Positions 51,876 through 60,037 of a stretch of DNA of 64,000 nucleotides are shown in pieces. A model generated the notes under the pieces. It did not search any database, was not told the DNA's origin, and was given only the letters and a program-made list of their open reading frames with translations. Location: positions 1 through 64,000 of the IMG/VR virus record IMGVR_UViG_3300017917_001342; one strand, written 5' to 3'. The translations under genes and the position numbers were made by a program. Positions within the stretch are counted from its first letter, which is position 1, and the number at the start of each line of letters is the position of its first letter.

Positions 51876-53402
51876 ATGAAAATCAACGAAGTCAAAACCA
51901 CATTAAACACTCTGCGAGCCATTACAGCAGGTAGCAGTGCCAGAGTAGGTATAGAATTTGAATTGGTTATTAATAACGAAACTGGCGATTTTAGCGTATA
52001 TCCAGAACCAGATTATGAAGAAGATCAATATGTTGAATCTTCTAACTGGGAATCAATGTGTGACGACATTACGAATTTCTTTCAAGGCGAATACAACACT
52101 CGCAGTGAAATAAAAAGTGTACTAGACAATGCTAGAGAACCATTTGATGAATGGGTATTACAACAGTGGTTAGACTTAGTTAAAGATGAATTTGATGACT
52201 GGAAAAAAAAGAAATATCCAGATGACGATGATGTAGACGAAGATACATTCTACAACGAAGAATACGATGACTGGTACGACGAAGGCAAACTACTAAAACA
52301 ATACTTAGAAGAAAATGGCCTTGACCAGATGAGCGGCTGGCAAAGTCTCGAATGGCCTTATTACGCAGATCCAGAAATTCCAGTTGATGTTGATCATGTT
52401 GCTGCATCATTTCGTCGTGCTACTGGTATGCGAGCAAGTCTACAAGGTGGTTCAAACGAATACAAAATAGAATCTGACAGCAGTATTAAACCAACCAATA
52501 GCGATGATGCTGGCTTGGAATTTATCAGCCCGCCGCTCAGCATAAACCAAATGATAGACCAACTGCATAAAGTCAAAGCCTGGGCACTAGAAGGCAATGC
52601 CTACACTAATAAAAGCTGTGGGTTGCATATTAACATAAGTGTGCCTGGTTACAACATGGCAGATTTAGATTATATTAAATTAGCATTGTTTTCCGGCGAC
52701 AACTACATACTCGATACATTTGGTCGTACGGCTAATGATTATACTAGCCCTGCAATGGAACTGATAAAACGCAGAATAAAAAACAGTACTGCTAACGTAC
52801 CGCTGGCATTAGATATGCTGGCAGTTAACTTGTTGAAAAAAGCCAGCCAGACTATACACAACGGCTACGTTAACAAATATACCAGTATCAATCCCAAAGA
52901 AGACTATGTGGAATTTCGTGCAGCGGGCGGCGATTGGCTAAACATGGATCTTGACAAGGTGATAGAAACCATGCTGCGTTATGTTGTTGCATTGCAGATA
53001 GCACTTGATCCCAATGCGTATAAACGAGAATATGCAGCAAAACTCTACAAGGTGCTAAGTCCGAACAAACAGGATGATGCTGTTGCGCTGTTTGCTATGT
53101 GGAAAGCTGACAACATAGATTCGGCAGATCTCAAATCACAGTGGGCAAGAAAAATATTGTTTGCCGATCCTGAAAAAACGTTCTCACCAGAAAAAGAACG
53201 ACTAGCTGCAAACATACTCGCTAAAGAAAACCTATGGTTGATACGCGATGGCAGAACTGGTTCAATTCAACGACAGATTCGTGCTGCTACCAAAGCAGAT
53301 GCAGAAAAGAAATACCAGGAATGGTTAGATCTGTTCAGCAATCCTAGCAAGCCATACTATCTACAGAGCATTGCAGATTATCGCCGCACAAAAGTCACTT
53401 AA
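51876..53402 (+). CDS. Putative amidoligase (COOH-NH2 ligase)
   Basis: GIEFEL, DSSI, LEFISPPL, NKSCGLHINIS, KYTSIN, VEFR; AATAAATA at 51845-51852. Confidence 0.82.
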   Translation: MKINEVKTTLNTLRAITAGSSARVGIEFELVINNETGDFSVYPEPDYEEDQYVESSNWESMCDDITNFFQGEYNTRSEIKSVLDNAREPFDEWVLQQWLDLVKDEFDDWKKKKYPDDDDVDEDTFYNEEYDDWYDEGKLLKQYLEENGLDQMSGWQSLEWPYYADPEIPVDVDHVAASFRRATGMRASLQGGSNEYKIESDSSIKPTNSDDAGLEFISPPLSINQMIDQLHKVKAWALEGNAYTNKSCGLHINISVPGYNMADLDYIKLALFSGDNYILDTFGRTANDYTSPAMELIKRRIKNSTANVPLALDMLAVNLLKKASQTIHNGYVNKYTSINPKEDYVEFRAAGGDWLNMDLDKVIETMLRYVVALQIALDPNAYKREYAAKLYKVLSPNKQDDAVALFAMWKADNIDSADLKSQWARKILFADPEKTFSPEKERLAANILAKENLWLIRDGRTGSIQRQIRAATKADAEKKYQEWLDLFSNPSKPYYLQSIADYRRTKVT

Positions 53403-53580
53403 CCAGTGATTCGATCCAGGCAGCAAATCTCTCTTGACGTAGTTCTTTTATTTGACTTTCTGTCATAGACACATATTCAATTGGACTTAGCGTAACAGAG
53501 TCTCGATGTGTGACGCTGTTATGTGCAAAATCAAAATACACAGTCCACCAACCGTCTGGACGTTGTGTTGCACCTAACAT
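53395..53580 (-). CDS. Small late protein
   Basis: GGAG RBS, late promoter AATAAATA at 53611-53604. Confidence 0.6.
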   Translation of the reverse strand: MLGATQRPDGWWTVYFDFAHNSVTHRDSVTLSPIEYVSMTESQIKELRQERFAAWIESLVK

Positions 53581-53582
53581 CT

Positions 53583-53621
53583 ACTGAGCTCCAATTAACT
53601 GTATATTTATTGAAGCTCAGT
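53583..53621 (-). promoter_or_regulatory. 13-bp hairpin sequestering the RBS, overlapping a late promoter
   Basis: ACTGAGCTTCAAT...ATTGGAGCTCAGT. Confidence 0.7.
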
Positions 53622-54087
53622 GACGATTTGCGTAGATGATTTCCACAAAGCCTTCATCGTGTGTGGGTTCTTCAAGCTGGCTCTTCATACCCATCACAAT
53701 GTTTGCAGGAATAGTCTTGCCAGGACGATTTGCAAGACGACGATTCAGTTCAGTGTCATCCGGAGTAGTAAAGTACACCGCAACAACGTCGTAGTGTTCA
53801 GGCACAATGGCCAGTTTCTTTTTGCGAGTTTTTGCAGTGATATTGGTTTGATCCCAGATCACAGTGCGATCAGCGGCAAACGCATCAGCAGCGTCTTTGT
53901 ACATCTGCTTTTCAGCAGCAGCAATTTCTGCTTTGAACACATCGTTGTAGGTCTTACCCTGCGCAGCCGCAGCAGCTTCGATCTTGTCGTCAGTGCTAAG
54001 AACCGTTTCGCGATCAAGACCCATGAACTTGAGCCACGTGCTTTTGCCGCTACCCGGAACGCCAATCAACATATACAGTTTCGGCAT
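53617..54087 (-). CDS. P-loop kinase (polynucleotide-kinase-like)
   Basis: GVPGSGKST, STD, WDQTN, R...R; AGGAG RBS; TTGACA-16-TATAAC promoter starting 54138. Confidence 0.85.
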   Translation of the reverse strand: MPKLYMLIGVPGSGKSTWLKFMGLDRETVLSTDDKIEAAAAAQGKTYNDVFKAEIAAAEKQMYKDAADAFAADRTVIWDQTNITAKTRKKKLAIVPEHYDVVAVYFTTPDDTELNRRLANRPGKTIPANIVMGMKSQLEEPTHDEGFVEIIYANRH

Positions 54088-54121
54088 AGTGTATCTCCTT
54101 TGTTGCTAGTGTTATAGCAGA

Positions 54122-54328
54122 TTATGTTTCAGTGTCAAGACCCATTGGTCCCTGCATGAATTTTAAAAATCTCAAGTTGCCGTCAAGTTCTTCTTCGCTG
54201 ATGCCGCAACTCCATGCATGCAAACAGTTGGGACTATTGGTTTTACAGATAGGGCATTCCCATCCATAACTGTGTTTGAATTCATATAGTACCAAACACT
54301 TTTCACAAACCGGCGGGCCCAGTCCCAT
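54122..54328 (-). CDS. Zinc-finger microprotein
   Basis: CEKC...CPIC. Confidence 0.65.
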   Translation of the reverse strand: MGLGPPVCEKCLVLYEFKHSYGWECPICKTNSPNCLHAWSCGISEEELDGNLRFLKFMQGPMGLDTET

Positions 54329-54602
54329 CTAATTTAATTCCTTTTATTGCAGCTAGAAATATCAAATTGCTTTCTAACTGCTGATCCGATAATCCACTTT
54401 CCTCAATGTCAAATTGCGGGTCACCGTTGCCGCAGATTGGACAGTTGATATAAACACCCCCGTCGTCGAAGTATAAATTGCAGACTACGGAGCAATGTTC
54501 ACACACTGCTCCGCTAGGTCTTAGATATTCGCCCCTGATGTAATTATTGAGTTGCAACCATTGCACGCTTGTCAATGACTTTATCAGCAAGACCGTAGGC
54601 AA
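54303..54602 (-). CDS. Zinc-finger microprotein, paralog of 54122..54328 (start uncertain)
   Basis: CEHC...CPIC...GLS...L..NL.FL. Confidence 0.55.
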   Translation of the reverse strand: MPTVLLIKSLTSVQWLQLNNYIRGEYLRPSGAVCEHCSVVCNLYFDDGGVYINCPICGNGDPQFDIEESGLSDQQLESNLIFLAAIKGIKLDGTGPAGL

Positions 54603-55152
54603 CAGATTCGCTGGCAGTTAGGAATGTGTCGCGGTCCATGTCTTTTTCAAACTGTTCGTAGGTTTTGCCTGCGCTGTTGTGATCAACATAGATCTGCGTA
54701 AGTTCAACTTTCATACGTTCGATCTCCCTGTAGGTGATTGCAATGTCGCTGACCATACCCTGTGCGCCACCGCTTGGCTGATGAATCATGTGACGAGCAT
54801 GTTTCATAATATAACGATGACCAGGCTCACCTGCCTGTGCTAGTAGAGAACCCATACTAGCAGCTTGACCCATTACAAATGTGTGTACAGGACTCTTGAT
54901 AAACTGCATGGTATCATAGATGCTCATACCCGCAGTAACCGATCCACCTGGGCTGTTGATGTAAAAGTTAATCGGCGCCTTGGCATTTTCACTTTCGAGC
55001 AGCAGCAATTGCGCAACAATCAAACTGGCACTGTGATTATTAACATCAGTGTCCATAATGATAATACGGTCTTTGAGCAAACGGCTATAGATATCATAGC
55101 TGCGTTCGCCACTGGCACTTTTTTCTACTACAATAGGCACTAGATTAGGCAT
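54544..55152 (-). CDS. clpP: Clp protease proteolytic subunit
   Basis: DIYSRLLKDRII, YINSPGG, AASMG, MIHQP, DRD. Confidence 0.96.
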   Translation of the reverse strand: MPNLVPIVVEKSASGERSYDIYSRLLKDRIIIMDTDVNNHSASLIVAQLLLLESENAKAPINFYINSPGGSVTAGMSIYDTMQFIKSPVHTFVMGQAASMGSLLAQAGEPGHRYIMKHARHMIHQPSGGAQGMVSDIAITYREIERMKVELTQIYVDHNSAGKTYEQFEKDMDRDTFLTASESVAYGLADKVIDKRAMVATQ

Positions 55153-55182
55153 AGATTTTCCTTTGTTTATTTTTCAGTATAA

Positions 55183-55209
55183 ATGCCGCCGACAGTTTTG
55201 TCAGCGGCA
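55183..55209 (-). terminator. Possible terminator hairpin
   Basis: TGCCGCTGACA-aaac-TGTCGGCGGCA followed by TTT. Confidence 0.45.
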
Positions 55210-55365
55210 AATTTGATTAATTTCGTCTGCGCTGCGATCAGACATAGCATAGCTGGCAAGACACTTGGATTGTTTTTCAGCTTTGGCATACTCGCTAACA
55301 GCAAGGCTACTAAACATTGCTATAATTGAAATAGCAGTTGCTATCATAAACCATTTAAATTCCAT
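55201..55365 (-). CDS. 54-aa single-TM protein (not in ORF track)
   Basis: MEFKWFMIATAISII...C...ICR*. Confidence 0.6.
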   Translation of the reverse strand: MEFKWFMIATAISIIAMFSSLAVSEYAKAEKQSKCLASYAMSDRSADEINQICR

Positions 55366-55366
55366 C

Positions 55367-55738
55367 TTAACGTCCTTTCAAACTTTCAACATAGCGATGA
55401 ACAAAATCGCAGAGGCTGTCGAATTCACTATAGACTTCGTTCAGGCCGCCACTGTGACCACGACTGTAGGCTTCGCCCCAAATCACACCGAATTCACTAT
55501 CGCAGAGTCCGTAATCTGCTTTGAGACGATCTTCAAATTCGCTCAGACGTTTACCAGCAGCAGTGCTGGCCGCTGCGCGAGCAGCTTCGTATTCTTTGAA
55601 TGCAACTTCGTAGGCTTCCAGTGCATCTGCATAAGCCCGTGCTTCGGCAGCCGTTGCACCATGTGCGATGCGCGGCTTTGTGGGTTTGGTAGGGTACACA
55701 ATGTCACGAGCATTGTAGTAGTTGAAATCGTAGCTCAT
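55367..55738 (-). CDS. Hypothetical protein
   Basis: AY..GHS.G..EV motif; AGGAG RBS. Confidence 0.75.
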   Translation of the reverse strand: MSYDFNYYNARDIVYPTKPTKPRIAHGATAAEARAYADALEAYEVAFKEYEAARAAASTAAGKRLSEFEDRLKADYGLCDSEFGVIWGEAYSRGHSGGLNEVYSEFDSLCDFVHRYVESLKGR

Positions 55739-55748
55739 TGTAGTCTCC

Positions 55749-55967
55749 TTATTCGCTCAGCGCAAACTGCATAAACAGCGGAGCAAGTTCGTGTTGCAGA
55801 GGTTTGCGAACACCGTAGGCAATGCAGCCAAAGCGAGTGTCCATGTCAATCTCATCTTTACCAACAGTATAGAACTTACCGTTGATACATTCAAGCACAG
55901 TTCCTTCGGGAATCTGTTGGTATTCATCAGGTGTAAACAACCACAGTTCTTCATCCCAACGCTGCAT
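55749..55967 (-). CDS. Hypothetical early protein
   Basis: AGGAG RBS; TTGACA-16-TATTGT starting 56020. Confidence 0.7.
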   Translation of the reverse strand: MQRWDEELWLFTPDEYQQIPEGTVLECINGKFYTVGKDEIDMDTRFGCIAYGVRKPLQHELAPLFMQFALSE

Positions 55968-56091
55968 AGCTTTCTCCTATGTTGTTACTTGCACAATACA
56001 ACATACTATGCGATTGTCAACCACATATAAAACAACGATATAAGAAAAAATCTGTTAATGATTTCAATGTGGTATTTTTATACTATTTGAT

Positions 56092-56382
56092 TTATAGCCA
56101 ACGCAACGCAAACAGCATTGCATCTTCTTTTCGATAGAACATAAACAGTGTACCACGGCCAGATTTATCTCTGGACGTCCACGGATATTCCGCACTCAAC
56201 GACCGCCATTGATTTTTCTTGTACAAGTCTGCCATTGCACCTATGTTATCTATTAGCCAACCTCGGCAACTGGCATTGTCTTCAGTCATTGGCAATATGA
56301 CTTTGTATATTGGACTGTCAGACAGACTAACAACTTCAACTGTGTTGCTAGGATATTTGATCAGTTTGGGGTCTAAATCCAT
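56092..56382 (-). CDS. FxLxW microprotein
   Basis: WLIDNIG...FYRKEDAMLFALRWL*. Confidence 0.8.
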   Translation of the reverse strand: MDLDPKLIKYPSNTVEVVSLSDSPIYKVILPMTEDNASCRGWLIDNIGAMADLYKKNQWRSLSAEYPWTSRDKSGRGTLFMFYRKEDAMLFALRWL

Positions 56383-56624
56383 CGCAGCATAAACTCCATG
56401 TATTCAGATTCACGATCAAATTCCAGTGTGTAGTTGTTTCTGTTACGATGTATAAACGTAATAAAACGTCCATAGGGATGCGATTCTGCCCAGGCTCGCA
56501 TTGCATCTATTGCAGCATCGTCGGCAAAACTTTCTGTACCGAGATACACAGACCAACATTCAGGACTTACTGTGTTCAGGCGTTCGAGTACGGTTCGCGG
56601 ATAATGTCTAGTAACAGTTATCAT
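56373..56624 (-). CDS. FxLxW microprotein
   Basis: FDRESEYMEFMLRWI*. Confidence 0.8.
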   Translation of the reverse strand: MITVTRHYPRTVLERLNTVSPECWSVYLGTESFADDAAIDAMRAWAESHPYGRFITFIHRNRNNYTLEFDRESEYMEFMLRWI

Positions 56625-56857
56625 GCATACCTCATCATAAACATCAAATGAGACTCAGCGTTTTCAAACCGCAATATGTAAAGATTAATTCTAGTACGCT
56701 CTAATGTTGCACAGTATTCGTCTTTTAATCTACGGTGCAGTACAGCACTTATATCTTTACACTTTGGATTTTCGTCGTCTAGTTCGTGAACAAAACGTTG
56801 CCACCATTCTGGGGCATCCATTAATGTACCTTTCATCTGATAACTGATTATAGCCAT
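56621..56857 (-). CDS. FxLxW microprotein
   Basis: FENAESHLMFMMRYA*. Confidence 0.8.
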   Translation of the reverse strand: MAIISYQMKGTLMDAPEWWQRFVHELDDENPKCKDISAVLHRRLKDEYCATLERTRINLYILRFENAESHLMFMMRYA

Positions 56858-57057
56858 CGCAACATAAACTCAACACGTTGTTCATCACTATCCCATTTAA
56901 CTTTTTTACCCAAATGACATCCTTGTGCAGCTAACCATTGTTCCCTGTTTGCATAATATACATTTGCATTAGCAACCTCACTATGCATCTTGTAATAATA
57001 ACGATGATATATCCGACAAATCAGTTTGCGTTCGGCATTGGGGTCAAGGCTACTCAT
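56848..57057 (-). CDS. FxLxW microprotein
   Basis: WDSDEQRVEFMLRWL*. Confidence 0.8.
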   Translation of the reverse strand: MSSLDPNAERKLICRIYHRYYYKMHSEVANANVYYANREQWLAAQGCHLGKKVKWDSDEQRVEFMLRWL

Positions 57058-57308
57058 AGCCACTCCATCATGAATAACATATGTCCTTCATCTGATGCAA
57101 ATTCCAACAGATGAGGTTTACCAAATATACCGTAGTCATAATATGCATCGTAGCGCAATTCAATCACAGAGTTAATATATTCAGCAAATTCTCGAGTATT
57201 ATCAACATTAATTTTAAGGTCTATCGCGTCTTCAACGTTATGTTCGATGAACCGTTGCCACCATTGCGGAACATCCCTGCGGCGAGTGTCTAACGTGTAG
57301 GTGATCAT
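57054..57308 (-). CDS. FxLxW microprotein
   Basis: FASDEGHMLFMMEWL*. Confidence 0.8.
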   Translation of the reverse strand: MITYTLDTRRRDVPQWWQRFIEHNVEDAIDLKINVDNTREFAEYINSVIELRYDAYYDYGIFGKPHLLEFASDEGHMLFMMEWL

Positions 57309-57526
57309 GACCACTCCAACATAAACAGTGTGTACAAACTTTCATTTGTGAATTTAACACATTCTTCGCCGGCATCTACTACTGACTGGTATCGAGTCAA
57401 TAATACATGATCAACATATCTCTCAATATTTTGATCTCTTGGCACAGTGTCTTGGCAATGTTCAATAAAATTAATCCACGGTTTTGGACATTTGTAGAGA
57501 TTATCTGGTAGCTGTATTAATATCAT
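57305..57526 (-). CDS. FxLxW microprotein
   Basis: FTNESLYTLFMLEWS*. Confidence 0.8.
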   Translation of the reverse strand: MILIQLPDNLYKCPKPWINFIEHCQDTVPRDQNIERYVDHVLLTRYQSVVDAGEECVKFTNESLYTLFMLEWS

Positions 57527-57783
57527 AGCCATGTAAGAAGGAACTGTGTCCGTTCTCCCTCTGTATTGAAGTATGCTAGATTGCTAATATTCCAAACACC
57601 ATGTTCATCGAGCCACTGTTTGATCTCGTCCATACGCTGTGCTTCTTCACTGTTGACACCAGCTTTGTATTCAAAGCGTATGCCAAACTGTTCAGGGCTT
57701 GGCTCAACTACCCAGACATCTTCTTCAACCTGATGTGGTGTTTCATTTTCAGGTAGATAAAATTTTACAAACTTAATTGCCAT
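57523..57783 (-). CDS. FxLxW microprotein
   Basis: QWLDEHG...FNTEGERTQFLLTWL*. Confidence 0.8.
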   Translation of the reverse strand: MAIKFVKFYLPENETPHQVEEDVWVVEPSPEQFGIRFEYKAGVNSEEAQRMDEIKQWLDEHGVWNISNLAYFNTEGERTQFLLTWL

Positions 57784-57786
57784 TGT

Positions 57787-57996
57787 TTATAACCATCTCA
57801 ATTTAAACAGCGTAGCAGTGTCCTTGTTTACAAATTCAAATACTGCACGATCAAAGTCGAATGGATGATACCGCCACGACCCCCATCGGTTAAACCCTTG
57901 CTCAGCCAACCATTCACAAGCACTTCTAACATCACTGTCGGCAATTACAACCTGATATCTATGTGGAGACGTAGTCCAGTAATCATTTGCAGTCAT
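57787..57996 (-). CDS. FxLxW microprotein
   Basis: EWLAEQG...FVNKDTATLFKLRWL*. Confidence 0.8.
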   Translation of the reverse strand: MTANDYWTTSPHRYQVVIADSDVRSACEWLAEQGFNRWGSWRYHPFDFDRAVFEFVNKDTATLFKLRWL

Positions 57997-58385
57997 AGCC
58001 AACTCATTTTAAACGCTAACGCATCTTCTTCATACGCAAACCAGAACAAGTTGTTTCTATATACAACAGAACCTAGTTTGCAGTTGTCTCGTATCCACCC
58101 TTGATAATCTGGGTAAGGGTCGTCGCCCCATCGCCATTGAACTTGCACGTATGAGTATCCAGCGGTTTTCATATCATCAACCCAATGAGTGCGCCTGCGA
58201 TTATTAAGACGCAGAAAGTGTTGATAATTCTGTTTAGTGAATTGCATACCGGTTTCATCAATATGGATTATTTTAGCAGGCACTATTGTATGACTATACA
58301 AGCTGTTAAGATCAAAGTTTAAGATATAGTTTTGTGCATGCTCTGTGATTTGAGTTGCAATTGAAGGATCATATAGCTGTGTCAT
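57993..58385 (-). CDS. FxLxW microprotein
   Basis: WIRDNC...FAYEEDALAFKMSWL*. Confidence 0.8.
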   Translation of the reverse strand: MTQLYDPSIATQITEHAQNYILNFDLNSLYSHTIVPAKIIHIDETGMQFTKQNYQHFLRLNNRRRTHWVDDMKTAGYSYVQVQWRWGDDPYPDYQGWIRDNCKLGSVVYRNNLFWFAYEEDALAFKMSWL

Positions 58386-58777
58386 AGCCAATGCATCTTA
58401 AACAGTACAGCATCGTTGTCATAGGCAAACCAAAAATAATTGTGTCCACTGACCCAGGTACCTGGTTTGAGGTTTGTGTTGCACCAATCGCGTTGTGCAA
58501 TATAACCGTTTGAAGTTTTAACATAGCTGTAACCCGCAGCTTTCAACTCGTCAAACCGCTGACGTTTTTTACGATTGTAGAGTCTTACAAAATGTTGATA
58601 GTGTGCTTTTTCCATATCAAATATTACAGCTATTTCATTTTTAAAAAATTCGTTCCAAAAATACAGTACCTGTGTTACACTCTTGCCAAGGCCTCTACTT
58701 TTTAAAACAGTTATCGTATGCGGCTTCATACCCTGTGTGGTCGGCATGAAGTAATCGCTTTCTATGTCTATTATCAT
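58382..58777 (-). CDS. FxLxW microprotein
   Basis: WCNTNL...FAYDNDAVLFKMHWL*. Confidence 0.8.
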   Translation of the reverse strand: MIIDIESDYFMPTTQGMKPHTITVLKSRGLGKSVTQVLYFWNEFFKNEIAVIFDMEKAHYQHFVRLYNRKKRQRFDELKAAGYSYVKTSNGYIAQRDWCNTNLKPGTWVSGHNYFWFAYDNDAVLFKMHWL

Positions 58778-58778
58778 G

Positions 58779-59042
58779 TTAGCCCCACACTAACTTAAAC
58801 TGTAACCTATGTTCTTCAGTGGCAAAATAAAATCGCAGCCAGTAACGTATCCACGATCCTTCTGGTAGATTTTCACTTGCCCAAGTATATGCGTCTCTGG
58901 TATTTCTAATAGACACTTTAACACAGGGATACTGATTGTCAATTAGATCTTGTATTACAATTGATTTGCGACGATTGTTAAGCCGTAAAAAATGCCTGTA
59001 GTATTTCTTACTAGCTAGTCTGGTGTCAAACTGTTTGGCCAT
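58779..59042 (-). CDS. FxLxW microprotein
   Basis: WASENL...FATEEHRLQFKLVWG*. Confidence 0.8.
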   Translation of the reverse strand: MAKQFDTRLASKKYYRHFLRLNNRRKSIVIQDLIDNQYPCVKVSIRNTRDAYTWASENLPEGSWIRYWLRFYFATEEHRLQFKLVWG

Positions 59043-59043
59043 G

Positions 59044-59706
59044 TCAACTCCACCATTGAGTTACAATCGGGCGCAGTTGATTGACTCCTTCGTTAAACAT
59101 AATACCATGTTGTGTGAGATACCAACGAATTTCAGTAGGCACTCCTGGTATCCAATCGTCGCGGCGACGCAGTAACTGATAATGTTCCCAAGGAATAGAT
59201 TTGCCGTTGCGGTCCATGATGTAGTTTGCCCATGGATAATGCCCGAAGGTTTTGTACACTGTGAAGTTGCGAGGACCAAATCCTTCTTCACTTTCACCTG
59301 GTTCACCCCGATCACCGCGAATACTTTCAAACGCATAGTCCATGTCGTCGTCGCTGCGATACCAACGTTTTCTAAAACAGAGATTTGGGTAGAACACAAT
59401 ATCACCGTAGTCGTCACCGTCGAAGGTAATACTAAAGAGATTTTCAGCTCTATCTGTTTTGCTTGTAGTTTTGAGATCTTCGTAGTCTGTTGCTAGCAAA
59501 CGTTTTTGAAAAACAAATGATGCACCGTCGTCACAAAACAGCGCACGATACAGTTTGGGATCAATTGTGAGATCTTCATCGGTTAATGCATTGAATGTGT
59601 TATAGAGCCATTCACTAACGTCTTTAACGTCTGGAGCACGACACAGTTCAACAAACTGTGCCCAAGGCATACCCCAACCCATGCTGCGTTTAATACGATA
59701 GTCCAT
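59044..59706 (-). CDS. Hypothetical protein
   Basis: 220-aa coupled ORF. Confidence 0.75.
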   Translation of the reverse strand: MDYRIKRSMGWGMPWAQFVELCRAPDVKDVSEWLYNTFNALTDEDLTIDPKLYRALFCDDGASFVFQKRLLATDYEDLKTTSKTDRAENLFSITFDGDDYGDIVFYPNLCFRKRWYRSDDDMDYAFESIRGDRGEPGESEEGFGPRNFTVYKTFGHYPWANYIMDRNGKSIPWEHYQLLRRRDDWIPGVPTEIRWYLTQHGIMFNEGVNQLRPIVTQWWS

Positions 59707-60020
59707 TATGCTCTCCTTGGCTTTCGTAGTTCACGTTTTGAACCACGATTGGTTGTGCCCTGTTTGATCAATGCTTGTCTATGTGCTTTGGCTTCAATTT
59801 TGTTTTTCACATGCTCACGACGATTGAGTTCTTCATAGAGTAGATCAACTACATGCATGTGATCCAAATCGTAATTCCAATCCCAAGAATGTCGCATAGC
59901 CATCAGTTTGCGAGTGTGCAACTTTGCAAACTCTTCTCGAACTTTTCGTCGCTGTGCAACTTCTTCCACTGTGAGGTTATCGCACAGCAATTCCCAAAAA
60001 TCGTCTGTAACTGTATTCAT
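59706..60020 (-). CDS. Hypothetical basic protein
   Basis: ORF in operon. Confidence 0.7.
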   Translation of the reverse strand: MNTVTDDFWELLCDNLTVEEVAQRRKVREEFAKLHTRKLMAMRHSWDWNYDLDHMHVVDLLYEELNRREHVKNKIEAKAHRQALIKQGTTNRGSKRELRKPRRA

Positions 60021-60037
60021 GATTCACTCAATGCCAT

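Larger units (their letters stand above)
56092..59042 (-). other. Tandem array 2 of FxLxW microprotein genes (11 members)
   Basis: Eleven consecutive ORFs with the same C-terminal motif. Confidence 0.88.
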
